The translations under genes and the position numbers were made by a program. The notes beneath the pieces are model-generated. The model saw only the letters and a list, made by a program, of their open reading frames with translations, was not told the DNA's origin and ran no database searches. Positions 14,001 through 26,716 of a stretch of 64,000 nucleotides of DNA are shown here, one piece after another. The stretch is from contig NMRA01000116.1 in assembly GCA_002633005.1 (NCBI GenBank), positions 404,474 through 468,473 of the forward strand, read 5' to 3'. Origin of the DNA: Phoronis australis (lineage: Eukaryota > Animalia > Phoronida). How positions within the stretch are numbered: position 1 is the first letter of the stretch; each line of letters opens with the position of its first letter.

Positions 14001-15817
14001 TACAACTTTCAACAAATGGTGTGAAGAAGTGTTTTTACAAGAAATGCTATCACCAAAAATATTAAAGGAGAACAACAGTTGACTTTCAGAGCAATTAGAC
14101 TCAATGTTCACCAGCCTGATTCATAAATAAGTGGCGTAGTGCCCCACATGCTGAACCACAGCATTGTGTACCAACACAATTGACTTGTTTACCAAGATTA
14201 ATCAACGCGAGCATGGTTTTTAGATCAGATCTGGGTACTGAAAATTTCTTAGTTTTAAAAGTCTAAAAGAATAGTACTGAAGTTATTAATGCAACACTAA
14301 AACTTCCATGTGGAGATAAGTTACCTAACGCATCTCAGCAAAGTCTGTTGGAAGTCAACGTCACTGGTTGATTTGAGGAGATGAACAACTCGAGGTATGA
14401 TGTCTTCATCTTCATGTAACTGCTCACAGATGTCAGCACTCAGACACATATTGGCAATAGCTCGACAAGCTCGGTTCTGGATACTTGGAACAGAAACATG
14501 CTTCAAAATGTCTCCTGGAAAAAACAATTATCTCACACGCTATTTTAAAAACCAGAAACACCCTAGACTTATAGACAGAAATTTCATAGTTTTTAAACTT
14601 TTCTAATTCAATCCACTAATTCTAAAAAAATCTTCGTGGTAAATATGAGCAGCAGTCGGAAGAACACTGAGGAAATAGGCCACAAAATACTAAATGGAGT
14701 GTTTATACCTTTGTTTGCGATGGCTTAATTTGAATAGATTCAAGCATTTGATGAAAAATATACCTCTAGTATGGGTTCTAGAACAATTACTGAAACCAAA
14801 AAGAAAATTAAGCTGTGAGCAATCCGTATACTATTATTAAATCATCTTCAAAATCATATGAATGACTTTAGAGCACAAATCACAGACTTCTTGTCTTAGG
14901 CTGTACACTTGTATGACATTTAAGCCCAGAATTTCAGAGGTGCCCGATTTCAGACATTCATATCAATCACAAATCTGTAAAAATCTCGAAGAAACAGGGG
15001 TACAACAAGCTAACAACGATTTTTTGTACCCTGATGTAACTGTGCAGAGTAATTGAATGACAGGTTTACCTATAACTTCCAGTCCTTTCAGCGAATGGAC
15101 CTAAAAATAAAACACAATAATAGATTAGGAGATGCACTTCATCCTGACACAAACCTTTTGACCATTGCTATATTATGCACAGAAATCCATCAGCAGAAAT
15201 ACAATGATTATAAACAATTTGCAAGGCAAATCGCACCGAACAACACAATGTCACAACCAAGTGAAGGATGGAAATCAATTGATGCCAGTAACAGCTGCAT
15301 ACACAGGCAATCATTTGATATCCTGATTGTCCAAAAAAATCTACCAGTAACTCAAATACAAGAACAGTATTATCCATTGTACATTGCTAATGTAGTCCAT
15401 CAATCATACTGCTAGGCCTATCTGGCATTGGCAAACGTGCAAAAGTCAAACCTTTTCCCGAATGTATTGCGTCATACATAAATTTCCGACAATGCTCAAT
15501 GCAATATCCAATGATTTTTTAAAGTCGGTTTTGCAGAGAGACTTGTTGTAAATTTCGTCACGTCCTGTCTGTTGCGATTTGGCACCTGGCGAGGCCAAAA
15601 GCATTTCATCATGTTCGCCGACTTCAGGGCTAGGTAAGCGAGAAAACACCGATTTAAATATCATGTTTAAGCCACCATTATCGACAAAAGTTTCCATAGC
15701 GCCCGGGCTAGTTATAATCTTTTTCCTCACAAACATTAGAGCATTAAGTGAGCTTGATTTGGAGCCGCTTTCCAATTTTTTGATGACATCTCTAATTTTT
15801 GCTTCGACGGAATCCAT
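8078..15817 (-). CDS. ARMC5: Armadillo-repeat and C-terminal BTB/POZ protein (ARMC5-like), 6 coding exons, about 1275 aa
   Basis: Exons on minus strand: 15817-15452, 15100-15070, 14514-14325, 12944-12807, 11948-9780, 9011-8078. All introns are GT-AG with consistent phases (0,1,2,2,2); total 3828 nt, divisible by 3. ARM-like helices (IQNRACRAIANMC, LCLMCRESVNRVRIREEGGL) and a C-terminal BTB (DVTFVLDSG...SSLFSAMLEGHYSESQQ) match the ARMC5 architecture. Confidence 0.88.
9432..9740. mobile_element. Helentron-associated (DINE-1/HINE-like) element in the last ARMC5 intron
   Basis: Starts AACAAGAG and ends in the hairpin GACCAC-N10-GTGGTC followed by ACACAAAAA. The classification is an inference from these termini. 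Confidence 0.45.
12471..12652 (-). mobile_element. Second, 5'-truncated copy of the SINE
   Basis: Aligns by eye with 6071-6267 (AATAATTGCAGGC, GATCACCTG.AACCATTTTT, AGTTAAAACCG.AGCTG.GGAGCTAGA, GGGA.TC.AACC). Confidence 0.7.
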
Positions 15818-16183
15818 TTTTCACTTGGAAGTCAATGCCCTCTATCGACAGAGTGTTGCACCCATCAGCTTTTACATTAACATGTGCTGACATCTATTGC
15901 AAAGATGCGTAACTATTCTTCTTGAAATCACGCCTTCCCATTGGTCAGAAAATCTTTATCATACTGTACTAATAACAACCAGGTTGCTATCAACGAGGTG
16001 AGAGACAGGTGCGAATTAAGTACACTCTATACGGAGCTCTCGGAAGGCATCGTCACTTTGGATCTGTGGCTTTTTGATAATCATTATATGGCAATTAACC
16101 GTGATTGCTATTAGTTAGTATCTATAATTATTGACTATCGATCAGACTTTGATTAATAGCCTGGAAAATAGCAATCATCAACT
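15818..16183. promoter_or_regulatory. Probable bidirectional promoter between the ARMC5-like gene and the 267-aa ORF
   Basis: Two start codons face away from each other with only 366 bp between them; a CCAAT element (cattgg) lies near 15940. Inferred from geometry only. Confidence 0.55.
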
Positions 16184-16987
16184 ATGCCTGGATCACTATA
16201 TGATTACGCTCGATCACCGTCGCCCGTGCGGAGGACTAAAACTCCGCGCGCTTATACAAGCATGGCATGTATGGACCAGCGAAATGTATGGTCACCAGAC
16301 TTAGTTGCTGACTCGAACATCGCGGCGGGCATGTACACAGACCATTACACGGCGGGAGATAGATGGCGAAACGTTGACGACATCAGAATGGAAGACGACG
16401 GGATGAATGGTTATCTACCAGCCGTGTCCCCGGGTCCGAGCCCTCGACCGCAGGCCCCGTCCCCGCACAGGGGGAGAACTCCAAGGAACCCATCGCCAAC
16501 ATACGAAGCGGAATTGGACAATTACAACAGCCTCAGTATGATGATGCCCTTTCAAGACCCGCGCGCTCGACTTCACAGTTCTTACACCCGTCGAATCCGC
16601 AATCACCGTGATGTTAGCCCTCCGCGTGTAAAATCTGGTCGTGCTGGGGGCTCCTGGAGGCACATTAGTCAAACGAATGGTCACCAAGGCAACAATATAT
16701 TGTTTATTGAGGGAACTGTGAAACAGGCGGACTCTAGTAACTTCCCACCATACGGATGGGTTGCTGAAGATCAAGGCGCATTCATGCATTACGTGTCTCC
16801 GCGGATGATACCCAGACAGAGGCCAGTTGAACAGAAGACGCGTGTCCCCAAGGCAACCAACTATACGTCCTACTATAACAACCACGCCCGTAAAGGATTC
16901 AAGTATTGGTATCAAGAAAAAAAGCCGAAAGGTAGCTCAGCCCCGCTTAACTCAATACAGTCTCGACTCTTGAGCCTGAGAACATGA
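16184..16987 (+). CDS. Uncharacterised intronless 267-aa Pro/Ser/Arg-rich protein
   Basis: Long ATG-to-TGA ORF, visibly GC-richer than its flanks, many SP/TP motifs, AATAAA downstream near 17584. No domain recognised. Confidence 0.7.
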   Translation: MPGSLYDYARSPSPVRRTKTPRAYTSMACMDQRNVWSPDLVADSNIAAGMYTDHYTAGDRWRNVDDIRMEDDGMNGYLPAVSPGPSPRPQAPSPHRGRTPRNPSPTYEAELDNYNSLSMMMPFQDPRARLHSSYTRRIRNHRDVSPPRVKSGRAGGSWRHISQTNGHQGNNILFIEGTVKQADSSNFPPYGWVAEDQGAFMHYVSPRMIPRQRPVEQKTRVPKATNYTSYYNNHARKGFKYWYQEKKPKGSSAPLNSIQSRLLSLRT

Positions 16988-19834
16988 TTTGCTCAATTAC
17001 TTAGGATATCTGAGAACTGCTATGTCTAGAGGACTCTTTTAAAATGCACATCTGCAATATTATCTACCTGATTTGCTCAACATTCTAGGCATGTGCTATT
17101 TTGTACAATTGCTATTGTAAAATTCTTAGTATTTTCTGTAAACCTATTCTATTTTTGTTTTGTTCTGTTTATCATCAATTAGCATGTACAGAGATAATTT
17201 TCTTGGCGCAAAACCTGTTCAAAAACCTAGACACGTTTATGACTGACAAGCTAGGGGAAGTTGTTGTATCAGAAAAGCTCTAGGTATTATGCATCACTGT
17301 TTTTCTCCCAGACTCTACTGGCGAGTGACAATCAGTCATCACGTAAGTTTGTTGATGGTTCGTGAGCTGCGAAATTCGGTTGAATGAATAACGCATTGTT
17401 AAACACAATGAACATTAACCTTGAATCGACCAAACAAGCGCTTGGATCAAAAGACCCTGGGGGCTTTTTATCGACTATAAACAGATTTGCGACTGATACC
17501 AATCCTTAGGCTTTCCAGCGGCCGGTGGAGCATTTATTAGTTTTGATGAAAAGGACATCAAACTCCATAGTCGATCAATGTTCAATAAATGATTATTTTA
17601 AATTTCTAGTTGCAGTGGCTTAACTGTTAGCTATGACGTCATATTCTATGATGAACGTATAAAAATCCAGTGGAGATTTAAATGCATTGTCCAGTGTTAC
17701 ATTTATTAATTTTAATTATGTTTATTTATTAATAACACGTCGTCTGATCAACAGAACATGTAGACACGTTAGAACGTTTATTCACTCCAGTTGAATTGTA
17801 GGTTCTTTTTAAGTCTAAAGTTGTTGTACTCTCTAATTACTTTGGAAATAGCGTTCTCTGTAATTGTTGTTGGGTTAGTGTTGAATTATGATTTCCAGTC
17901 GGATGGTCAATCTCCCGTGTCTGGTCGTATTGAGGAATTCTAATTCTCGTACTAAGTTGAATAACGTGCTACTTATAATTGTAATTGGAAACTAACCAAA
18001 CACGCCACTGTCAGCCTGGAAAACTATAGGAAAGGCTTTTGTTTGATTAGTGTCTGCACAAAACGTTGCAAATCGTATGAATAAATAGCATTGCTATAGA
18101 AAATATTTGTTCACAAATGACACGTGAATGAGATTTGCTTTCACCTTGAGTGATGAATATTAAATCAACCAAAATTCCCTTCGTGTATGGTTACTTGTTC
18201 TAACGACTCGGCCCTTATTGTGTTATTTTTGATAGTGGTTGATAAGATTCTATTTTCTCACTACATCGTCATGATATATAGATTTGTGTATATACGAGAT
18301 TGTTGGAGAAATATTATTCTGAAACTGGAAGTTTATGTAAATTTTCTTCGAACTTGGCTTATGAATTATAGATACTCGGGATGTTTTTGGCAGCAAAACT
18401 CTTTCCCTTGTTATCGCATCCTTCATATCCGATTGAGTTTTATTTGAAATTAAAGAAACGACATCTCTCGGCAAAAGTGATTGTCATTGAACTTCCAGAA
18501 ATCAGAAAATATTATTTTCCAGCTCCACAGTTTGCACAAGAGGTACGTTAATCCAGGCCAGTTTTGCTGTCAAGATTTATATATTCACAGGTTACGGTGC
18601 ACGGTGTAGGCTAATTTATCATCCATTTTATTTTTATACGCTCTCTTGTCAACCTTTGTATGATCGTGAACTGTGAAGTGCTCAATACTTTTATAAGTCT
18701 ATCTTCTTTGCTTTTTTATTTTTAAAATTAGGTTAAGGATTTTAAAAACTTGTGTATTTTTACACGAAATAAAGATTCTCGCTGTATTTGTTGTCGCTTT
18801 TTCTGTCTGAGAACAACGTCTGCTTGCCATGGGTCTTATTTCTACCAACACGTGCATATGTGTTTTAGTACACCTCTGGCTCTGTTTTGGCAAGCCAGCA
18901 CAAATCTCAATAAGCCGAATGTCAAATTGTATGTATACATGCGTGGAACTAACTCCTGTACGTAATTGACTATTTTGGTCATTATCTGCATGACTAAATC
19001 CGATTTTTCTTTTATTATAGAGAGCTCGCTTTATAAATATTGCACGTATAGCACAAGTTAATGGGTTCACATGACAAAAGGAGCCGGAAGTAGTCCATCA
19101 AGCATTTAATGCAAACGATCAATGTATACGCCTGCTTGCCGGGTTTGCTCATAAATTACCTTTTTCATTGAAACAAAATGCCATTTGCTTTGATCGACCA
19201 ACGTTTCATTAGCCATTTGCACAGTTGAAAAACATTCTCTGAATGATTGCAATCTGCAGTGTTTTTCTGTCAAGCTTCAAATGGCTCTGAGATGTGTTTA
19301 AAATTGGCTTATCTTGTGCGCCGAAAGCTAACTCGGAACATTTAAAGGTGACTACCATTGGCAATGTGATTTTCGTCGGTTTGTGCTCCCTGAAGGATAA
19401 CCATTAAGCCGTTGGGGAGCATGAACAAATAATGGCTGCCCGTTAGGGCTCACTGACAAGCCGAAGAAAACTCACAGTGTAATTATCCTCCATTATTTAA
19501 AAAAGTTGCCAGGATGGCGTAAGTTTTCTGCGAATTTTACAACACAGATGAAACCGCATGTTTGAAAACTGTACAGTTGCTTTTGTTCTAGCATTTGGAT
19601 GGAACTCTTTGTTTTGGTTTTTGAATACGATGAGATACCGTACACAATAAAAGGATACCGTGGAGCAAACAAAATGACAACAAAAATTTGCCATAGATTC
19701 ATCAAGAAGCAGGCCGCCATAGTCTCAATGGAACACTCAGCTGGCCGAGCTAAATCCTACAGTATTCAACAGATATAGACACCGGCCTTGACTTCGGCGA
19801 ATGTCTCGAAGACAACGGCGAGAATTGGCGATTT

Positions 19835-19954
19835 GTAATAAAATCCCAAAACACACCGGATTTTCTACACTGGTCAAAAGCAAGAACTTTATTCCAACCA
19901 GGAATAATTCCAAAAATCCGTTTCTCGGCCGTAAAAACAATACTGTCCCTTTAA
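19835..19954. repeat. Dispersed repeat end, shared with about 56755-56894; possibly a Kolobok-type terminus
   Basis: AATCCCAAA.CACA.CGGATTTT...CTGGTCAAA...GAATAAT.CC...CGG.CGTAAAA occurs in both places; this copy ends in CCCTTTAA. Confidence 0.45.
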
Positions 19955-22917
19955 AATTGTACTAAACCCGGTTTAGTTTACTCACAAATATTAACTACGA
20001 CAAAGGTTTGAAATAAAATAATGCCCTGTAAACCGCGTCAGTTCTTGGAAGTAAGAAAACTTCTCAGTTATAAAGTCAACTGAACCTTCAAGCGTGACTA
20101 ACTTTTCGGTCCAATAATTGTGTCCCAGGGTAAACTGATGAGGGAAACTGAACAACTGAAATCATAGGATTTATTTGTGAAACATAACTGTCTTGTACTT
20201 TTATCTCTCAATGGAAGTGCTACAGTTCAACAGAGGTAACAGAACCAGTTTTGATTTTTTTTTTCTTGAAATAAACCCGACCGACGGCTTAGAGCACCGA
20301 CTCAGATGGAAAGGCTGGCTGAACGAAATGGCCAACACGAGACCACATATTGATGTAGCAGTCGCAGTCGCAGCGTTTTCGGAGGTTTTTGTAGACGCTG
20401 TTGTAAGTATTGCTATTGCAGTTGTCGCCAACCGCTCCGTGCAGTTTTATCATACAAGGGCTGGGGAACCTGTAAAAAGGCTGCGACTACGTCTCGTACA
20501 CCATTATCAATTTATGACTTTGTTTTTTTTGTTGTGGTCTCCACTCTGGCTGTGATCCTTAGGAACCGTGGACAGGGGCCAAAACAGGCCGTCTAAAACG
20601 AACATAGGATAACCTGGTGGCTCTATACTAAATAACAGGCGCCAAAGCTTCGTTAAAACGTGAACGAGGTGTCTCGTATCGTAGGCCGCTGGCACGAAAA
20701 TGTCGCTCGTAAATTATGCTCGTAAATTACGCTCGTTAATCATGTCAACGACGTGCGTAAAATGACGAGTGTAAAAACGATTAGCGTAACGCTACGAACG
20801 TAAAATGACGAGCGTAAACTTCTCGAGCGGTAATGTTATGTAAGACCTTGTCGTTCAGCCAAATACCTACAAAACTGCAGAATTTAACACAGTGAAACTA
20901 TATATTTTCGGAAAGAAGAAATTTTTGTAGAATTCGAATTTCAACTTTACATAAAACAAAACAACGTGGGAAAGATAGCCAAGAGACGACATCAATATGA
21001 CCAAATTTAATTTAGTATAAGTATGATAGTGATAAAATCTCATGGACGCTGTTAGAGTTGTCTAAATTATCACTTCGTTTTCGTTTTATTCCGTTTGACT
21101 ATTTATTTTGAGTAAAAATCATAAAAGCCACATTTAACACTAGAAAAATTTAGTCATTCGTCGTTTGATGAGCGTACAATTACGAGCGTAGTTTTACTGT
21201 CGCTGTTATTCAAACCCGCCGTAAAAAGCCAATCAACATGAGAAAAGGAGTCGAACATCTGAAGCACATCGCAAAAGAAAACTCTCTAGAATAGGTATTT
21301 CGGAACGAATCGAAATGAGTTGAACATTTCCTGAGTACTGTTGAACTTGTTACACTGTCGAGTGGGTTTGCATTTTTCTCTGGTCTTTGAAAACCCGAAT
21401 GTTAATCCTTTACTTATGGTTACTTACCTGTGTACAGTAGGTGACTATTACCAGAGTGTTGTGATTTTGGATATGATGTACTCTAAAATTAAATGTGTGC
21501 GGGGCAAAGTGAGCTTGTGAAGTGGTACTTGAAGGGCATAGTTCTACACAGAGGTCCATGGCGATTGTTGTTTTTGCGCTCACAAAAGCAAAAGAAAAAC
21601 ACATTGAAGTAAGAAGTCAAAGTATTGTTATTAAAAAACGAAAAACTGATGAAGTGTTGTCTGAGATAAAATTAGAGCAATTCTTTTCAGCTTCGTGCGG
21701 TTTTTTCAAGCTTAATCATTGTTTATTATGTCACTTTTTAAATACTTTCCCGAACTTCTTTGGTTATAAGTGATAGGGATTTCTCCCTGTTTAAAGAGGC
21801 TAAAATATTAAAGTCGAATTAGACCTATTTCCTGTCTTGTACTATTTCTTACCGCGATGGGTTCTATTTCCGTCAGGGTTAACCAACCCATGCCACAAGT
21901 ACTGTATACTGCGCATGCGTCATTTTCCCATTCGTGGGGTTGTCCAACCCCACCAATGAACTATAGACCCTATTCACGCGGCGGCCATTAAGATCCAAAG
22001 CGAGGCTCACTGCGATAAACAAAGCGAAAGTAGACATTGCTTGAGTTAAATAGCCGGTCTTTCGAGTCCAACCTGGATATTGAATTTTAATGATGAGTCG
22101 ACAGTTAACCACAGAGACGTAGAAAATTACATTAGAGAACAAGTTAAGGCGCCAAAGAGTGGTGTCTGTCATGTGCAATTAGTTACATCTGGTTTAATTT
22201 GTTGATCAAGAATATTAACATCAAGCATAGCCTGATCCTATGCACTCACTGGGACTAACAGTTCATTTGTCATTGGTCTGAAAGAATAATTGATGTTATT
22301 AAATATATTTTTATTAAAATAAAAATCCAGGCTCATAATTGAAAATAAAAAAAATTTTGACCATCAATGCTTTCTTGGTTGTAATAATTCTTAGGTCTAT
22401 TTCATGTGTTAGATTTCAAATATCAATCTGGACCAAGTTGAATTTTAAAATTAAAACACCTAATTCGTTCGTCCAAAACATAACATCGTTTTAGAACTCA
22501 ATTTCAGTTAACTGGACAATGCAATCATAGTTATCATGTTTCTGCAGAAGCCTCTTTCATCCGAGGGGAACGGTGCCAGTGCCTACTGAGAGGCAATTTT
22601 TTCGCCGAGTGAGGGCGGGAACAATCTACCTCCAGATCACCATCAATAGCACCCCCGCCCTGTTGCAAGCTCTCATAGGCTCTGCCTCAATTTAAAGTAG
22701 CCTTTTGTGCTCTTAAAAATTGTCACCTGTGTGGTTACAGGTGATGTGAACTCAGAGAGATTTTTCACTAGGGGAATTTTTATGCCTGGTAGGGGGAATT
22801 TCGCGTGATATTTCAATATGTTTGAGAGGGGAATAGGGCCGATGTTGGGCCCCAAATTTGAGGGATTGAGGGCCCAGTCCTTTTTGTAAAGAAAAATTAT
22901 AATGTTTCAACCCGTAG

Positions 22918-23225
22918 CAGGGGCGGATCCAGGTTTTTCTGTTGGGGGGGGCAGGGCACAGGAATAAGCAGCATTTCGACAGATGCGCGCGCCCAGCTTA
23001 AACTCTGGGGATGCAGAGGTCTTGAAATCTTGGGTTTGCGGACCTGTTGACTAAAAAAAAAAACGGTAAACGGGGTTCATTCAGCGCCTATGCGTTGTTT
23101 ATTCACCCCCCAAGACCCGCCTTGGTTGCCGGCGCACGTGTGCTAGTCAGCAATTCGCACCCGAACTCAAAAATGGGATCTGATACAATTTTAGGGGGGG
23201 CCCATGCCCCCCTCCCCTAAATCCG
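22918..23225. mobile_element. CAG(G/T)GGCGGAT-TIR MITE, copy 1
   Basis: Begins CAGGGGCGGATCCAGG and ends CCCCTAAATCCG; internal similarity to copies 2-4. Confidence 0.6.
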
Positions 23226-24752
23226 TAGTCATGAAAACACAGCCTGGCTGGCCCATTCTCCGGTCGTTACTATCATGATGCGCTCAACTGACCGACATGC
23301 AACAAAATATGATCTAACTTTTCGAAAACATTTATAAATTTTACACGGACATATTTTGTTTCGTCGCGGCAACGACCCAACGCTTCCGAATCTCAACGTC
23401 TTTAGAGATTGTGAAGCAGACAGTTGCGTGTCCGTATTTTTTCTAGCCGTTCGCGGAACAACACGGTCTGAAACACAGAACTATGCTGATAAGCTAACAG
23501 AGCTATCGTAGCGAGCCTCGTTTTGGAACGCGCCTCCTGTCGGCGTGAATAGGGTCTATGAGAAGCGTTTCCTCGACTCACTGATGATTCCGATGTTCTT
23601 GGTGGTAACGGAAATTGATTTTTAACACCATACGAAATAAAAAAATTGCAGGCGGTCAGATGCCTGAATTGTATCGAACTTGCGGAACCACTGCACAAAA
23701 TACGAGATTTGAGATTCACCAGAACCCTGTTCCTGAGAGAGGTTGCAGAAGTCAGTAGTCATAAAGGCCTATCTAGGCCGCATTCACCTAGCTGTTACTG
23801 ATGATTGGCATTTGAACCAAGTCTCTGTCCACAGATAGTGGCACAGCCACAATTGTCTCCCCTTGCCGAGCCATCTTGCTTAACATTCTACCTCAGTGAT
23901 TCCCATAGCACGTCTGATTACCTCATTTTGCTTCTGACCTAAACAAACTAGTGATGAACCAGAACAAATGTCCACAGCGGAAGTTGCTTCCACACACCGT
24001 CATCGTGTAGCATCCATAAAATTATGGGACGACCAAACCTACAGACAAACACCGGTAGCCGAGTAAGTCACGTTCCTCTGATCTCGGTGCTTGGAATTTG
24101 ATCCAATTTATGACTTTCCACAAATAGTGTCCATGACTTTCCACAAATAGTGATCACAACCACCAATGGCAACCTTTTTCTGGTCATCTCAGTCACTTAT
24201 CCTTCTACCCAGATAAACCGGTGATTTCCCTAAGCAAGTGTGAATCATCTCGCTTTCACAGAAAATTTGCTCTCGTGGACTCATTAGAAGTTCATGGTTT
24301 ATTTACCCCATAAAACGTTCCCGGGGCACACAGACCATTATAGCTTCGCCCCTGATGGCGAGCCTCCATTTGTCAAGCTTCCCCCTGCAAGAAATGCAAA
24401 CGAGTAAAATTTTAACGATATGGTCACATTTTCACGCGATGGTGGGTTGTTATATCATATCACTGACCGGAAATCTTTACTTGTCTGTTCATGTCGGGAA
24501 ATTTTCTATAATACACATGTCAGATTTAGACCCCGTTAAGACCAACACGGACATATTTTTCAGCCTTGAAAAATCACCCATTGTCATGTTTCAACTTTGA
24601 AAAAGTTTCCTTGAAGATCATTTTTGAGGGTAAAATGAAATGCTACACCGGCACTCGTATAGCCGTTTGCTCATGGCGTAGTGCCCAGCCTCGACTGTGC
24701 ATCACTAACACAAGCTACCAGATTCACCGACACAAAGGGTTTACTGACTGAT

Positions 24753-24910
24753 CATGGGCGGATCCAGGATTTTGAGTTGGGGGGTGGCAGGGCAGAGTAT
24801 TAGCCAGGATTTTGCCTGTCAGACCATTGGCACTCCCGAACTGCCCAATGGAATCTTAGAATTTTAGGGGGGGCATGGCCCCCTTGGCCCCCCCTATAAA
24901 TCCGCCACTG
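24753..24910. mobile_element. CAG(G/T)GGCGGAT-TIR MITE, copy 2
   Basis: CATGGGCGGATCC...AATCCGCCACTG; flanks CTGAT and CTGAC. Confidence 0.7.
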
Positions 24911-26716
24911 CTGACAGCCTCATTTTGACATGACACCATTAGGGTATGTTGCTTAAAACTATGAATGATGTTGCTAATATGCCTAAAATTTCCGTTTAAA
25001 TGACAGCATTACCCAAAATATTGACATTTGTACGAGGAATAAACCTTGGTGGCATCTTGGATTTCATGCGCGAAAGACTGTGGTCCTGGTTGATAATAAT
25101 ACAATACCTGATCTAAGTTTGGTCGCCCAAAATAAGCCCCAAACTTTTCTATTTTCTCCAATAGAGGCAGGAACTTCAAACTTTACGGACTGTAAATTGT
25201 ATATTGAGCTTATACTGATGTTGAACGTTTTTAATGCTTGCGTTTTGGCGGCGTCCCTGAGGTTTTACCGACGCTTGCTACATTTAGTCGAATGAAGTAC
25301 GAAGAGCAGGGAATGCCTGTAGAGATAGTCTAGTTGAGCTGACAAGATAGTCAAATTGAAACAAAGCCATATAACATTGAATTTAAGCATTTTTACGTCA
25401 GGTACTCAAAATATCCCCCCTCAGCATAAAAGCACAACTCGAGGCGCCTTTCCAAATTGAAAAACGCGATGCTCTATGCATTCGTCGATCGCTATATTGA
25501 CACACTGAACAATCGTTTTTCAGCGCTTTCAGCACTGTTTGTAACAGAACTGTGCAGTTTCATCCAAAATAGAAAAGAAATTAATAGCCAAAGTTTGAGT
25601 TCTGGTGCGGGAGAATTTTATCCTCTACAACGCACTAGAAGTCTAGAGTATGATTCTTGCATTGGCTAATGAGTCATCACGTTTTATAAATGCCATAAGT
25701 AATGCACCAATAAGCGTATTTGAACTTACAAAGTTTAGATAGCCCTTTGTAAGTAATCAAAATTAAAGAGATATCGAATTAACTTTGTATTGAGCAATGT
25801 ATGAGCCGATATTGGCTATTCTAAACCTCTAGCTTACAAGTGTCTTACGTTAAAAGACACGAAAAGTGATAAAATACGATATGGTCGACAGCCTAGCTCC
25901 TGGTTCCTCGACTAAATTTCAATTTAACACCAAGATACATCTTTCTGAGCGACAAGTGTTCGGAACGTAATCTGATTTCCCATAAACTAACCAAATAACT
26001 GGCGATAAGTTCTAACAAAAGTTTTTATCGCCGCGGCTTAGAGATTATAATTTTTCATTGAATTTATCAGTGCCGAATTCTTACGAGACTCGATTTATAA
26101 AAGGAAATAGAATTTGTCAAAATAGGTCTTTGTTAAAGTTGTATATTATCATTTATTTAATAAAAGATCGTTTTACTGTTAATTATATATGGGGTGAGGT
26201 TTGATTGCGCACGATCAAATAGTCTTGAAAAATAGCGTGTTGTGAAAAGGGATTTTTATTAAAAGTTGGGATTACATTTACCGTACAATTGCGTAGAAAT
26301 TGTTTAATCAGGCAACATTAATATCTTCTTGGATTTGATGTTTGGCCGTGGCGGAAGGTGACTCAGAGAGATTAATGAATTTTGTACACGAACAAGCGAG
26401 ATGAATTACTTTCCATGGTACCTAAACTAATGGTCGCAGTACATGCCGTGTTGTGAACTTGTTCTGATTTGGACAAGCAGGTCATAGGAGTGCACATAAG
26501 CCTGCTCGAGGTTCAACGGGATCCTCCCAACTGATGTGATTAATACGCGGGTCGTCCGCGTGTCACAGGGACAAGATAACTCCACGTAGATATCTCTGCG
26601 AATATGATTAAACTTTTCGACCAAAGCTGGATTGCATTAGTTGAGTGGAATTATCGAACCTCTTCGAGATGTATCCACAGAGATCAAGGTTAGATGCATC
26701 TTGAGAAAATTTCAAC

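Noticed and set aside
16415-16915. 166-aa antisense ORF
   Set aside because: Shadow of the GC-rich 267-aa ORF.
25661-25690. CCAAT, AP-1 and TATA cluster as the cyclase promoter
   Set aside because: Short motifs about 1 kb upstream of the ATG with no transcript evidence; too weak to call.
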